Shown: one piece after another, positions 1 to 11,412 of the stretch | Layout of the letters: each line of letters opens with the position of its first letter | How positions within the stretch are numbered: the first letter of the stretch is position 1 | DNA from: a virus | IMG/VR virus record: IMGVR_UViG_3300009661_000001 | Coordinates: 637 to 64,636 of that record | Reading direction: 5' to 3' (one strand) | Length of the DNA stretch: 64,000 bases | Translations under genes and position numbers: made by a program | Notes under the pieces: generated by a model | The model's input: only the letters and a program-made list of their open reading frames with translations | Databases searched by the model: none | Told to the model about the DNA's origin: nothing

Positions 1-2527
1 CGGTCGAAGCCAAAGCTGCACCCGAAGTTACTTGGCCCTGAGCGTTGACCGTGACTTTGGGGTAGGTACCAGCAGTTACACCAGTGTTCGTGATGGAGAA
101 TACTTGACCAGTCAAGGTCAGACCCGTGCCAGCCGAATATACTACACCATTGCCTTGTAGCTTCGTGTATGTAATGTTGGTAGTGCCGATAGTGACAGGT
201 GTCGAGTTGGTGTTCACCCATTGCGTCAGCGAATTGGCAGTACCGTTAATTACCAGGATTGCCATACCTTCGACTTCTGCGCCGGTACTTACGTCAACCG
301 CCCGGGACCAAACGCCAGCTGCGGCTACGTATACACCGTTGGTAGTTTGGTCAGTCTGGTCTTTAACCAACACGCGGTCACCTGCCAGTGTGGTGTATCC
401 GTCCAACGTCTGTAAGCCACTCAAGGTGATGTTGGTACCAGTGGTGGTAACTTGCGCGTTGGCCTTCCACGTCGTACCTACGGTCACGCTTGCGATTGCG
501 TTGTCTACGTAGATTTTATTGGTAGCGTCCCCGTTGGCTACTGGTGCAGGCAAGCCGGTCAAGGTCGCGCCACTGGTCAGCGTAATCGTACCGCCGACTG
601 TTCCACCACTCGTCGCATTCAGGGCATCGGTAATACCGAAGCCTGCCAACGTGGTGGGATTTGAGCCTGCGGTAACGCGGCCTTTGGCGTCAACAGTCAC
701 TGACTTGTATGTGCCGACTGCAACACCCGAAGCGGCCAAGGTCAAGGCGACTGTCGTAGTGCCTGTACCAGTAGCATCCCCGGAAATGGTAATAGCTTGG
801 TTGCCTGTAAGGAAACCGTTCGGGTTGGTACCACCATTGTATGGCGTAAAACCCAAAGCGGTTGTTACGTCCGTAGAGCCGAGCGCAGCACCCACAGTAA
901 CGCGGCCTTTGGCATCGACTGTCACCTTGGTGTAGGTTCCCGCCGTGACTCCTGAAGTAGCCAAAGTGAGGGCCAGAGTGGTAGTGCCACTACCACTCAC
1001 ATCACCAGAAGCAGTGATGGTTTGGTTAGTGGTAAGAAAACCTGATGGATTAGTCGTACCGTTGTAAGGCGTATAGCCCAGAGCCGTCGTCACATCAGCC
1101 GAAGCGAGTGCAGCAGAACCTGTCACCAAGCCTTTTGCATTGACTGTAACTTTGGCATAGGTACCAGCTACTACACCGCTGTTTGCCAGCGTCAGCGTGA
1201 TAGCAGTCGAACCACTACCAGTAGCGTCACCGCTAACGGTAATGGCTTGGTTAGCCGAAATATACCCGGATGGGTTTGTGGCATTGTATGGCGTGAAGCC
1301 CAATGCAGTGGTGATGTCCGACAAAGCAAGCGTACCGCTCGCCGTAATCAGACCTTTAGCATTTACAGTAACCTTGGTGTAGGTCCCTGCGGTAACGCCG
1401 CTATTGGCTAAAGTAGTAGCGATGGAACCAGAACCGCTACCGGTTACGTCTCCGGTCAACGTAACCGAACCAACGCCACCGGCAGCACTGAATGTCAAAT
1501 TGCCGTTACCGTCGTCGATGATGGTGACGTTGGTACCCGCCGTCAATGACTTCAAGGTCGCCACGCCAGCCGTCAGCGAGTTAATAAGCGACGTACCCGT
1601 GCCGGAACTTACAACACTCGACAGCTTGCCACCAATAGTGGCCAGCAATGCAGCAGATACGTCAATGTTACCAGCGCCATCAACGGTCAGATTGGACGAC
1701 ACTGGAACTATGACACCACCCAGGGCAGTCGAAGTAGCTGGCGTCAAGTTAGCAACTGCGATAGTTATAACGCCTGCGTTGTTGTTCAACGTTACGTTGG
1801 TACCTGCCTGCAAGCTGCGCAGATTCAAGGTCCCAGCGGTTATAGCATTGATCAGGCTGACGCCTCCCCCTACCGAAGAAGCGTTACCGAGTTTGCCATT
1901 GATCGTTGCCGACAGCGTGGCCGAAATGTCGAGGTTGCCCGAACTATCGACCATCAAGTTCGACGAACTTATGATGACGCCACCCAAGACAGACGTGGTG
2001 GCCGAAGGCAGCGTGTATGGGCCTGGTGCACCGATCAGGTCCGTATAATTACCCGTTCTGCCAACAACCGACAAGCCTGGCAGATTGCTTGCGTTGACCG
2101 TTACGGCACCCGTTTGACCGTTAACCGAAGTAACTGCGCCTGCACTTCCACCAGTAGGAGGTGTACGCACAGCGTAAACAGCGGAACCAGGGACGATTTC
2201 GTCGCCAGGTTGCAGTTGTCCGTTTTTGTATACCATAACCGTCGACGGCAACGTCACATCGAGAGTTTCATTTAGGTATACGTCTAGCGAATTGGCGAAG
2301 ATGATCGATGCCGAAATGGCTGGCATTGGCATTGCAAAACGCCACTGGACGCCATCGAACACGTACAGACCTTGGGGTTGCGCACCGACGTCGTGAAGCA
2401 GGATGACGACGAGGTCTTCTACGCTTTGAACCAAGGGAAGCGTGCTTACCACTGGAGCCAAAACTTGGCTCGATGCGGCGTCCCGGTGCATTGTGACCGG
2501 ATAGTAGAATGCGGATGGAGTAGTCAT
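1..2527 (-). CDS. Long tail fibre protein 1 (partial, 3' end runs off the window)
   Basis: ATG at 2527 (MTTPSAFYYPVTMH...), read as open to position 1; Gly/Thr/Ala-rich with repeated GTYTKVTVxAKGxVT fibre motifs; N-terminal domain shared with 4130..8626 and 9630..10373. Absent from the ORF track because it has no stop in the window. Confidence 0.85.
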   Translation of the reverse strand, partial: MTTPSAFYYPVTMHRDAASSQVLAPVVSTLPLVQSVEDLVVILLHDVGAQPQGLYVFDGVQWRFAMPMPAISASIIFANSLDVYLNETLDVTLPSTVMVYKNGQLQPGDEIVPGSAVYAVRTPPTGGSAGAVTSVNGQTGAVTVNASNLPGLSVVGRTGNYTDLIGAPGPYTLPSATTSVLGGVIISSSNLMVDSSGNLDISATLSATINGKLGNASSVGGGVSLINAITAGTLNLRSLQAGTNVTLNNNAGVITIAVANLTPATSTALGGVIVPVSSNLTVDGAGNIDVSAALLATIGGKLSSVVSSGTGTSLINSLTAGVATLKSLTAGTNVTIIDDGNGNLTFSAAGGVGSVTLTGDVTGSGSGSIATTLANSGVTAGTYTKVTVNAKGLITASGTLALSDITTALGFTPYNATNPSGYISANQAITVSGDATGSGSTAITLTLANSGVVAGTYAKVTVNAKGLVTGSAALASADVTTALGYTPYNGTTNPSGFLTTNQTITASGDVSGSGTTTLALTLATSGVTAGTYTKVTVDAKGRVTVGAALGSTDVTTALGFTPYNGGTNPNGFLTGNQAITISGDATGTGTTTVALTLAASGVAVGTYKSVTVDAKGRVTAGSNPTTLAGFGITDALNATSGGTVGGTITLTSGATLTGLPAPVANGDATNKIYVDNAIASVTVGTTWKANAQVTTTGTNITLSGLQTLDGYTTLAGDRVLVKDQTDQTTNGVYVAAAGVWSRAVDVSTGAEVEGMAILVINGTANSLTQWVNTNSTPVTIGTTNITYTKLQGNGVVYSAGTGLTLTGQVFSITNTGVTAGTYPKVTVNAQGQVTSGAALAST

Positions 2528-2547
2528 TTTATATTCCCGTGGTTAGG

Positions 2548-3171
2548 TTATTTCAACAGTGGTACATTACTGACTTCGCCAAGTAAAGCGCACATTTCTT
2601 GGGGGCCTTTTTCACTGGCGATGCTTATTTGTGTTGCCATGTTTGTGATGAATGGCACCAGCCTTTCTTTGAATTCAGGATGGCACCGCATTGTCTGCAA
2701 GTGGTCGGCCGGTATCGATCCGCTTGACAACATAAAATTCTCTGCTCGACCTTGCAGCTCAAGCAGCCATTCTTCTTGTTGAATTGCCTCCGACTGCCGA
2801 AGAATATCTAGGTCAGCGAACTTGCACTGCGGTTTTAACTCGGCCATAATGGCCTTGATATCGGCCAATTCTTGTTGGGCGCCCTTCAGATTCATATCCC
2901 AGGTTGGAATATCGGCTTCTTGTTCGATTTTATCAGCCAAGGCTCCTAGTCGAACTGACTTTGGAATATCGTCCTGCGCAAGAATTTCTTCGGCCTCAGC
3001 AATCTTAGCCTCACGGCGCAATAGCTGCGATTCGGCATGCCGTAGCTTACCCTGTATGTCGATAAGTTGCCCGTACATAAGAACATAGGCCCCGTCTGCC
3101 GTCTTGCAGTCGCCGGCCAAGAAGTAACGAAGTTGGAAGCCAGAGTTCTGGCGGTGTGGTTTGGAGTTGAT
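2548..3171 (-). CDS. Hypothetical coiled-coil protein between fibre genes; start codon anomalous
   Basis: Track ORF 2548..3120 extends in frame to an ATC at 3171, 5 nt after an AGGTG RBS (giving xNSKPHRQNSGFQLRYFLAG...). Confidence 0.65.
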   Translation of the reverse strand: MNSKPHRQNSGFQLRYFLAGDCKTADGAYVLMYGQLIDIQGKLRHAESQLLRREAKIAEAEEILAQDDIPKSVRLGALADKIEQEADIPTWDMNLKGAQQELADIKAIMAELKPQCKFADLDILRQSEAIQQEEWLLELQGRAENFMLSSGSIPADHLQTMRCHPEFKERLVPFITNMATQISIASEKGPQEMCALLGEVSNVPLLK

Positions 3172-3204
3172 GGCATCACCTATGATTTTGGTTAGTTGAG
3201 AAGT

Positions 3205-4113
3205 TTAAATACTTACGCCAGTGATACCTTGAGAAGCGGCGGCGCCTCCATTGACGCCTTGTGTTAGTAGTCCTCCGCCGACTATAGAATCGTCTGCATA
3301 CTGATATTTGTAAGTCTGGGTATTACTTAAGCCGTTTATGTAAACAGCATTCGTGTCGTTTCCTATAGCTGCCCCACCACCTGTAAAAGATATAGGAGAA
3401 GTGGTACTGTTTACGGTTGTTTCGCCACTCCAAATATATTTTTGAGTGGTCGTGGTCGAGCCAAAGAACAAACCATAACTACTATTCGATATTGCAGTTC
3501 CTACACCATAGTTACTCGCCAGCGCAGTGGCTAGTCCCGTTGACCCGTCTACCCAGGAGAATTTATTGGTTGTCTTGACCCCTGGACTAGGGCCTCCTGT
3601 AGCTGCTATAACAAATGAGGAGTTACCCGCCATACCCACAGACGTTGCGTTTGTTACCAAACTTGTGGTGACTACTGCTGTGTCTGAGGGAAAATCATAA
3701 ATCATCAGGGTTTTTAGATTACTACCTACGGATATAAGCATGCTAGTGGCGTTGCACGCAGCCGCACCTGCCGTGATTGTGGCTGATAGCGCACCGCCAT
3801 TTGAGGTAGCATCAATGGCATAGTTGTAGACGTCGGTCTTGAATTCTGTACTAGCGGTAGTACCCCCAACGCAGATTACAGCTTTGGTTATTATGCCCGC
3901 ACCTGTCCTACTAGAGGAAGTAACTTGCGTGGTCAATTGAGTTCCTGCCGATACTACATCAGTCGCAAAAGAATATTTATTAACGGAGCGCGCCGTGGGG
4001 CCAGCAAGGGCCGATGCAAATATCCCAAACTGTCCTCCGGGAAATCCGCTTTTAGCAGGTAATCTGCCGAACGCCGACACTGACATAGCTCCGCGCATTC
4101 CCATTAGTGTCAT
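3205..4113 (-). CDS. Fibre-associated repeat (beta-propeller-like) protein, candidate adhesin
   Basis: ~40-aa repeats with T-x-K-Y-x-Y/W-x-x-D/E cores; directly downstream of a fibre gene; paralogous to 13083..13919 and 16269..17147. Confidence 0.6.
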   Translation of the reverse strand: MTLMGMRGAMSVSAFGRLPAKSGFPGGQFGIFASALAGPTARSVNKYSFATDVVSAGTQLTTQVTSSSRTGAGIITKAVICVGGTTASTEFKTDVYNYAIDATSNGGALSATITAGAAACNATSMLISVGSNLKTLMIYDFPSDTAVVTTSLVTNATSVGMAGNSSFVIAATGGPSPGVKTTNKFSWVDGSTGLATALASNYGVGTAISNSSYGLFFGSTTTTQKYIWSGETTVNSTTSPISFTGGGAAIGNDTNAVYINGLSNTQTYKYQYADDSIVGGGLLTQGVNGGAAASQGITGVSI

Positions 4114-4129
4114 GGTCTCACCTATAAAA

Positions 4130-7100
4130 TTACTTGAATTGCGCTACGGACGCAAGAACCGTGTACGTCGATGCTGCGGTTTTAATGATGGTGAAGGTAT
4201 AAACATCGATGCCATTAGCGTTACCTGATGTCGGTGCACCACCCAACCACTTAGGCGTCAGTGTAGCACCGTCTATTTTAACGGTTGCTGTAAAGAAGCC
4301 GGTGCCACCCTGCGTTACCAATCCAACCACTGTCAAAGAATCACCAATAGCCATTGCCGCATTCAAAGTCGTGCTAGAACTCATTACGAAGTTCCACACC
4401 CAGTTGGTACCAGCCGCTCAGGTATAGTACTGAACAGCACCAGTGTTGACATAGAAGTTTTGGGCTGCTGCAATACTGCCGCCAACTATACTTGCGGCTT
4501 CCACTGCGTTGGCAAAACGAGCAGCCAAGTTAGTGGCCGAACCATCAAACTCTTGAAGGGTGCTGAATGGAGTTGAGGCACCGCTAACCGCTTGACCATT
4601 CGCCTTCTGATATTGATCGCAGCGCCAGTTACCACCACCCAACGAAGTGAACTGTGCAGTATCACCAGCGGCTGTTACTATGTTGGCAGCACCCGGCAAA
4701 ATCATAGACGTTGCGTTGTAAGTCAACGTCGCCGCTGCGTTAAAAGATACACGGCGCACTGCGCCAGCTGCGATGGTTCCAAATGAGGTTATTATGTTGG
4801 CGCCGGTTATGAGTATATCGTTACTTGCCAATCCCCCAATGTTTACCGTAGTAGAGGATGCTATATTTACAGTCGGCGCCTGATTTATGGGACCCGTCAT
4901 CGTACCACCGGCTAACGGCAATTTGGTAACATCTGGTGAACCAGCCAATGGGGACCCGTTAGCTCGCGTATAGTAATCACACCTCCAGTTACCAGAACCC
5001 AAAGACGTAAACTGCGCACCATCGCCAGCTTGCGTAACAATGTTAGCCGCTGTAGGTAGAATCAATGACGTCGAATTGTAAGTCAGCGTCAAAGAACCAG
5101 CAAACGTCAGTTTGCGAACTGTACCGCTGGTAATAGTGTCGAATGCCACTATGCTGGTAACACCGCTGATAGTTATATCGTTAGAGTTAGCAGCACCAAT
5201 CGGAGTATTAGCTGCCGATGCCACAGTCACGGTTGGAGCCAAATTCAAAGCACCCGTGAGACTGCCTCCGGTCACAGATAATTTCGCTGGATCGGAGCTT
5301 GGTGCAAGTGATTGCCCACTAGCACGCTGATAATAAACACACCTCCAACCCACACCGGTTGCAATGAATCCAGCAGTATCACCAGCTGTAGCTACTATAT
5401 TAGCGCCGGTAGGAAGTAACATTGTTGGGCTGTTAAGCAGCATCGGCGTGCTGGCAAACGTTACGTGTCTTATGGCACCGACTGGGGCTGAGTCGAAATA
5501 CTGAATCGTAGCAGTTCCAGTAACCAAAATATCATTTGCAGCGGCAGAACCAGCTGGAAGAATACCTTGTGCTGCCAAAGTAACGGTCGGTGCGTAGTTA
5601 AGCTGACCACTCAACGTACCACCCGTCAACGGCAACTTCGTTGGATCAGGGGCACCTACTAGCGGTGTACCATCCGCGCGTATGAAACTCAAGCACTGCC
5701 ATACCGTGCCACCATTAGAAATGAACAGCGCAACGTCACCAGGTTGCACCACTATATCTGACCCGGTAGGTAGAATCAATGCTGGCGAACTTACCAACGT
5801 TAGAGATGCCTTAAACGTCAGGATACGCAGTGCGCCGCCAGCTGTACTGTCGAAGCCATTGATGGTGGTTGTTCCCGTTATATTGATGACGTTACTGGTT
5901 GCCGCCCCTATCGGAGTGCTGGTAGCGGATGCCACCGATTGTGCGATGTTGTAATTGAAGGCACCCAGCATCGAATCGCCTGCCTTATTGACAGGCGTAA
6001 AACCAAGGGCCGCCAAGATATCTGAAGGGGCCAAATTCGCACCTACAGTAACACGACCTTTAGAATCAACAGTCACGCGAGTATAAGTACCAGGAGTCAC
6101 ACCCGTAGTTGCCAGAGTTAGTGCCAACGTAGTCGAACCTGTACCAGTAGCATCACCACTCAGTGTGATGAGTTGGTTTGTCGATATGTAGCCCGCAGGG
6201 TTCGTAGCGTTGTAAGGGGTGTATCCTATTGCTGTTGATATATCTGCTGTGGTCAATGCCGAAGCGTTGGTGATCTGACCCAGAGAGTTGACTGTAAACT
6301 TACTGTAGTTACCAGGTGTTACTCCAGTCGGAGCAATCGAAAACTGATTACTTGCGATTTGAAGACCAGCACCTGCGGTATAAGCAGGTGGAGGTGGCTG
6401 CAATTTTGCGTAGACGATGTTTGTCGTGCCTACGGTTATTGGAGGCACCGCAGTGTCAACCCACTGTGAAAGCGCGTTATTAGTGCCGTTCAGTACCAAA
6501 ATTGCCATACCAACTAACTCGGTACCATTCACCAGATCAAGCGCACGGGTCCAGGCTCCGCTGTTAGCCAAATAAACACCGTTTGCTGTTTGATCCGTTT
6601 GGTCTTTGACCAACACTCGGTCACCAGCTTGCGTTGCGTAACCGTCAATCGTCAACAAACCACTGAGAGCAGGCAGATTTGCGGTAGTCGCGACCTGCGC
6701 GTTTGCTTTCCACACTGTACCGTTTGCAACACCTTGGAATTGCGTATCGACGTAATTTTTGTTTGCTGCATCATTAGCCGACAGAGGGTCAGGTATCCCC
6801 GTCAACTTGGCGCCGGAGTTGAAAGTTACGGTCCCACTCACGTTACCACCCGTTACCGAGTTGAGCGCATCTACGATACCGTAACCTGCCAATGTAGTTG
6901 GATTTGCACCCAACGTTACCCGACCTCGTGCATCCACTGTTACCTGTGTGTAAACACCAGGCGTTACTCCGCTAGGACTAAACGTCAAATGAAGTGCAGT
7001 TGTACCAGTACCTTGGACGTCACCCGTGACTGTAATCAGCTGGTTACCAGTTATGTAACCAGCTGGATTCGCAGCATCATAAGGAGTGTAACCCAAGGCC

Positions 7101-8626
7101 GCCAAAATCTGTCCCTGCGTTAACGACAATGAAAGCGCCACACTGCTGCCACTGTTATCGACAGCTATGCCACCAGAACCCGTTATGACTATATCCCCGG
7201 TTTTCGTGTTGACCGAAGTTACGGGGAAAACCACACTAAGTGTTCCATTAGGCAGGACACTCAGGCCGGAGCCGACTATAATGGCACCAATTGTGGTTGC
7301 CGTTGCAGGGACGGCACTAGCTGCTGTAACCGTACCGTCACCAGCTATTGACAAACCATTGCCGATTTTGATGCCTCCAAGTACAGACGACGACGCAGTA
7401 GGTAAAACATATGAAATGGTTCCGTCCACTGCTACACTCAGGCCAGCACCTACTATCACACCACCCAACGTTGTGGCAGTGGCCGGTGCGAGACTCAGCA
7501 GACCAGCCAACGTCACGTTTAGGCCATTACCAACTTGCACCAAACCCAGAGCAAGATTAGTGGCAGGGCCGAGGTCAGAACTTATGGTTATTGCACCACC
7601 AGTAGCCGATACTGCAATACCTTGACCCGCTGCAATGGTGTTAAGGCTCACAACGTCAGCAACAGTGCCTACGATTAGCGATTGACCACTAGAAGGCATC
7701 GAGTCCTGCACGGCTGTCAGCTTACCATTAATTGTGGTCTTCAGTGCTGGGCTGATATCTATGTTACCGCTACCATCAACCACTATATTAGGACCAGGAA
7801 CAATGACGCCACCTAGTGCCGTTGTCGTTGCTGGAGCGAGTACTTCTTGACCTGCTACAGTCAGCGTGCCATTGTTGTCATCCGATATCGTGATACCTTG
7901 GCCCGCTGCAATGCTTTTGATTTTGGCAGTAGGAGCGCTGGACGAGAAGACCAGCGAATTACCAGTGCCAGTCGTTTGAACATTTTGTATAGCACCGCTG
8001 ATTGAGGCCAAAACAGAAGCCTTCAGATCGATGTTACCACTACCGTCCACCAGAATTGCCGACGTAGATGGGACAATGACGCCACCCAGACTTACGTTGG
8101 TCGCAGTCGGCAGTTGATACGCGGGTGGAAGACCAACCAGGTCAGTGTAGGCGCCAGTCTGTGCAACACGCGCAAGACCCGGCAAGTTTGCCGCATTGAT
8201 GGTCACTACGCCAGTCTGTCCATTGACGAGCGTAACGGCCGGAGTTTGACCTGGTGGGGGCGTGCGCACGGCGTACACCGAGGTACCATGTACTATCACA
8301 TTGCCAGGTTGCAGTTGTCCGTTTTTGTAGACAGACGAGAATACAGGAACAGTGACGTCATCCGTTCGGTTATAATAAATGTCCAGTGCGTCGCCTCGAA
8401 TAATGCACGCGGAGATAGCTGGCATTGGCATTGTGAAGCGCCACTGAATGCCATCGAACACATACAAACCTTGGGCGGTTACACCTACATCTAGCCCGAG
8501 AATGACAACCATATCCTCCATGTTCTGCACCAAAGGCAGTGCAGCAACAAAAGGTGCCAAGTAGGTATTTGACTCAGCATCTTGATGCATCGTCACCTGG
8601 TAGTAGAATTTTGATAGCGTTGTCAT
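4130..8626 (-). CDS. Long tail fibre protein 2, one frame interrupted by an in-frame TGA at 4418-4420
   Basis: 1402-aa ORF continues in frame after the TGA (YYT*AAGTNWVWNFVMSSSTTL...ASVAQFK); fibre repeats plus four ~120-aa C-terminal repeats. Confidence 0.85.
4580..5995 (-). repeat. Four ~120-aa tandem domain repeats in fibre 2
   Basis: Recurring TPIGAAxSNxIxITG...LILPxxxNIVxxAGD...WRC..Y.RA.G pattern; boundaries approximate. Confidence 0.8.
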
Positions 8627-8638
8627 TTTCTTTCCATC

Positions 8639-9013
8639 TTAGGTTAAGTACCAGCGAAGTGAAGCTGTATCGTAAATAAGGGTGACTGCGGCGTTTGCTG
8701 TAAGGCTTGTAGGAAGACCAGTTACCGAGGCACCAGTGCTGGTCCACGTAACCAAGGCTCTACCTGCCGTAGACATAATGGTCATCAATTGACCATCAAC
8801 TGCGGCTGCTGCTGTAGGAAGGGTTATGGTCAACGTGATGCCTGCAGTGCCCGTTAGTATGGTACGACGAGTTGACAGAGTTTGAGCCGTCAACCCGTTC
8901 GTAGCCACCACAGTCTTTGAAACGTTTGCCTCCATGCCGATCAAATGAAGGTCGGTCGTCGCAATTTCCTTAGTTACCCCCGCCTGCACTACTACTGGGC
9001 GAGAGGTAGCCAT
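8639..9013 (-). CDS. Small virion/fibre-associated protein
   Basis: Thr/Ala-rich 124 aa ending in a YDTASLRWY beta-motif; located in the fibre operon. Confidence 0.55.
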   Translation of the reverse strand: MATSRPVVVQAGVTKEIATTDLHLIGMEANVSKTVVATNGLTAQTLSTRRTILTGTAGITLTITLPTAAAAVDGQLMTIMSTAGRALVTWTSTGASVTGLPTSLTANAAVTLIYDTASLRWYLT

Positions 9014-9017
9014 GATA

Positions 9018-9626
9018 TTACGCCAGTACTATTGGCTGCAATGCTTGGAACACCATTGCGGTTGCTGACACAGCGAAGCCAACGCGCTGTACCGTGTCAC
9101 CTGAACCAGTAGGAGCAGTTGCACTAGGTGTTCCAGCGGTCGTACTGCTCAGGAACTGCAAGCCTGGTGTCAGACCGCTTACCTGCGTGTTCGTACCCTC
9201 GAAATAGACAAGCGCACTGCCAGAAGCAGCAACTGCGGCCAAAACAAAGCCGTCGCATTCCTTACCTGACGTCGAACCGTCAGCCTTACGCACGTTGGCA
9301 ACGCCCGCGTTGTTCCATACGTTGACCAAACTACCCGCTGCCAAAGCCTCAGAGGCAATGATTACTGACGTTTCTGGCACAATACCGACAGGCATTACGC
9401 TCACGTCCAAACGACCAGTGCTATCGAGAATTGGCGTTTGACCAGCATTGGAGGCACCGGTCGATACCACAACACCATTGATAATCGTGATGTCCAGTAC
9501 ACCGCTTGCGTTGAGTGCTGGCAGTTTATTGGCATCCGCTGCACCAGCACTGGTTGTCAAGGCATACTCTTCGGTCAGTGTACCTGCAACGTTCTTGATG
9601 AATTTCTTGGTAGACAAAGTACCCAT
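9018..9626 (-). CDS. Virion structural protein (cement/beta-clip-like)
   Basis: ASEALAAGSLVNV...GFVLAAV...GLTPG...QRVGFAVSAT pattern common in phage decoration-type proteins. Confidence 0.5.
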   Translation of the reverse strand: MGTLSTKKFIKNVAGTLTEEYALTTSAGAADANKLPALNASGVLDITIINGVVVSTGASNAGQTPILDSTGRLDVSVMPVGIVPETSVIIASEALAAGSLVNVWNNAGVANVRKADGSTSGKECDGFVLAAVAASGSALVYFEGTNTQVSGLTPGLQFLSSTTAGTPSATAPTGSGDTVQRVGFAVSATAMVFQALQPIVLA

Positions 9627-9629
9627 GAT

Positions 9630-10373
9630 TTAATCTCCGATGATGATAGGGGTTTTAATAGTGACGATTATCGTCTGTGGTGTTGTTACCTGACCTACAA
9701 TAATTACGAAGCCACTTGTCGGCACATCTTGAGTTAGGTACCCGCTTATACCGCAAAAGACTGGTAGACCCGGTGTCCAGTTCCAGCTTGGTTCAGTTAA
9801 CTCACCGCTCAGTTGAACATCAACTATCGCACCAGCTACAGCTGACCCGATGGTAATGCCTAGAACGAGATTTGCCGCTGTGATATCGTCGGAGGAGGCG
9901 TAGGTTACACCTCCTATGGCAATCTTCATCACACGGTGACCACTCACATCAGTTACTGCTGTGTAGGCCAAAAGATCAGGCCCCGGCGGTTTTGGTGGAA
10001 CACCTGCACCAGGGGTAAATACTATGTACACTGCTGAACCTGCCGATAACACATTACTGTTCAGCAGCTGGCCATTTCTGTACACGACTGCACTACTATC
10101 AACGGTTATATCGGAAATCAATCCGGTGTAAACATCGATTGTGCCGCTACGTGTAAGGTTGGAAGTCACCTCATACATGGGTGCGCTGTATTTCCAGCGT
10201 CCGTCATAGACGTATATACCTTGGCCAAAATTACCAACGCCTAACTGCAACATAACCACTTCTTCGGATAAAGCCGTCAACGGTAATGCAGTCAATACTG
10301 GCGCCAGTGCTTCGTTTGAATTGGTGTCCTTGTGAACTACGACCGGGTAGTAGAATGTTGATTCCGTACCCAT
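9630..10373 (-). CDS. Virion protein: fibre-type N-terminal domain plus cement-like C-terminal domain
   Basis: FYYPV...QGIYVYDG.W...VYRNGQL N-terminus shared with fibres 1 and 2; C-terminal WNWTPGLPVF...GYLTQ motif. Confidence 0.55.
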   Translation of the reverse strand: MGTESTFYYPVVVHKDTNSNEALAPVLTALPLTALSEEVVMLQLGVGNFGQGIYVYDGRWKYSAPMYEVTSNLTRSGTIDVYTGLISDITVDSSAVVYRNGQLLNSNVLSAGSAVYIVFTPGAGVPPKPPGPDLLAYTAVTDVSGHRVMKIAIGGVTYASSDDITAANLVLGITIGSAVAGAIVDVQLSGELTEPSWNWTPGLPVFCGISGYLTQDVPTSGFVIIVGQVTTPQTIIVTIKTPIIIGD

Positions 10374-10383
10374 TGCCGTCTCC

Positions 10384-11013
10384 TTAGAATATTGAGTTCG
10401 CCACGTTCAACACTTGGAGACGCGCTGGTACGGTTATAGCGGAACCGTTCAGAACCTCAGTCATGGAGGTCAGTGCGTCAGCGTCAGCCAAAGCATTGAA
10501 CCCGTGATGACTCCAGAACCACCCTGCGCTATCAACTGCGCCAGGTAACTGGGCTACCAAGTCTGGGTTTTGAACCAGACGATCATCACCGTAGACGTCG
10601 GTCGAACATGCAGCATAATTGCTTCGGAACGTAAGACCGAATATACCGCGACCACGGAAATTGTATCCGTCACCAGACGCTACATCGCCATTGCCATATT
10701 CGTTAGCGTATATTAGGCTCCCGAGCTTCTGACTATTCTTGACGTAGTTGGGTGCGTAGGCTTTCGATGCGTCTGTCAACTGCATGGTAAAGTGACGCGG
10801 CCACACTGCTACAAGACGATTAGGATCGAGGTAGTACAGGTCCTCGGCGAAATGCGTGAACGCCTGGCTCTCATGGTACGCTTGGGCCATAAAATAACGA
10901 AGCCGACGCGGTGTGTTAATGTCACATCGAACCAGAGTTTGATTTATTGCGTCTACCAAAGCTTGGGTTGCTGCCGCTTTGCAGAATGTGGTAAGTTGAT
11001 TGAGGGTAATCAT
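10384..11013 (-). CDS. Endolysin, glycoside hydrolase family 19
   Basis: FMAQAYHES catalytic motif, RGRG..LT..SNY, SAGWFW, NG motif. Confidence 0.9.
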   Translation of the reverse strand: MITLNQLTTFCKAAATQALVDAINQTLVRCDINTPRRLRYFMAQAYHESQAFTHFAEDLYYLDPNRLVAVWPRHFTMQLTDASKAYAPNYVKNSQKLGSLIYANEYGNGDVASGDGYNFRGRGIFGLTFRSNYAACSTDVYGDDRLVQNPDLVAQLPGAVDSAGWFWSHHGFNALADADALTSMTEVLNGSAITVPARLQVLNVANSIF

Positions 11014-11411
11014 TGAGTTCCTTTCACTCGAAGTACCGCTAGTTGAAAACCTTGACTGCTGCTGCGTATAGGATTAAGTTGATAGGCCACATCTACGTAA
11101 ACAGCGTACTCACCTTCAGGAATCTGGTCTCCTGTTAATACCTTATACTTGGAGTCCGTGGTTATTTCGCTTGAGAATTCCCGAACAACGTTGTCTTGGT
11201 TGTCCACTATCGAGACTTTAAGTGAAGTACTCTTACCAATCTCGAAGTTTTTAACTGGTATGTCTAATACGGCGCTGTGGCCGAATTGCTGTTCTACCAG
11301 ATGTACTACAGGCCTGTCGAATTCATGGTCAGGCTGCACGTACCAATACATGGGCAGAAGACTGACGATCCCTACGCCTGTGAAGAAGGCGATTACCAGG
11401 GACCTTACCAT
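11010..11411 (-). CDS. Membrane-anchored beta-sandwich protein in the lysis cassette
   Basis: N-terminal hydrophobic segment; GEY.VY....Y..NPIR C-terminus shared with 11413..11856. Confidence 0.55.
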   Translation of the reverse strand: MVRSLVIAFFTGVGIVSLLPMYWYVQPDHEFDRPVVHLVEQQFGHSAVLDIPVKNFEIGKSTSLKVSIVDNQDNVVREFSSEITTDSKYKVLTGDQIPEGEYAVYVDVAYQLNPIRSSSQGFQLAVLRVKGTQ

Positions 11412-11412
11412 A

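Noticed and set aside
126-2048. Plus-strand ORFs 126..512, 519..935, 1197..1382, 1404..2048 and similar ones over the other fibre genes
   Set aside because: Antisense shadows of Gly/Thr/Ala-rich fibre genes; no RBS or recognisable motifs.
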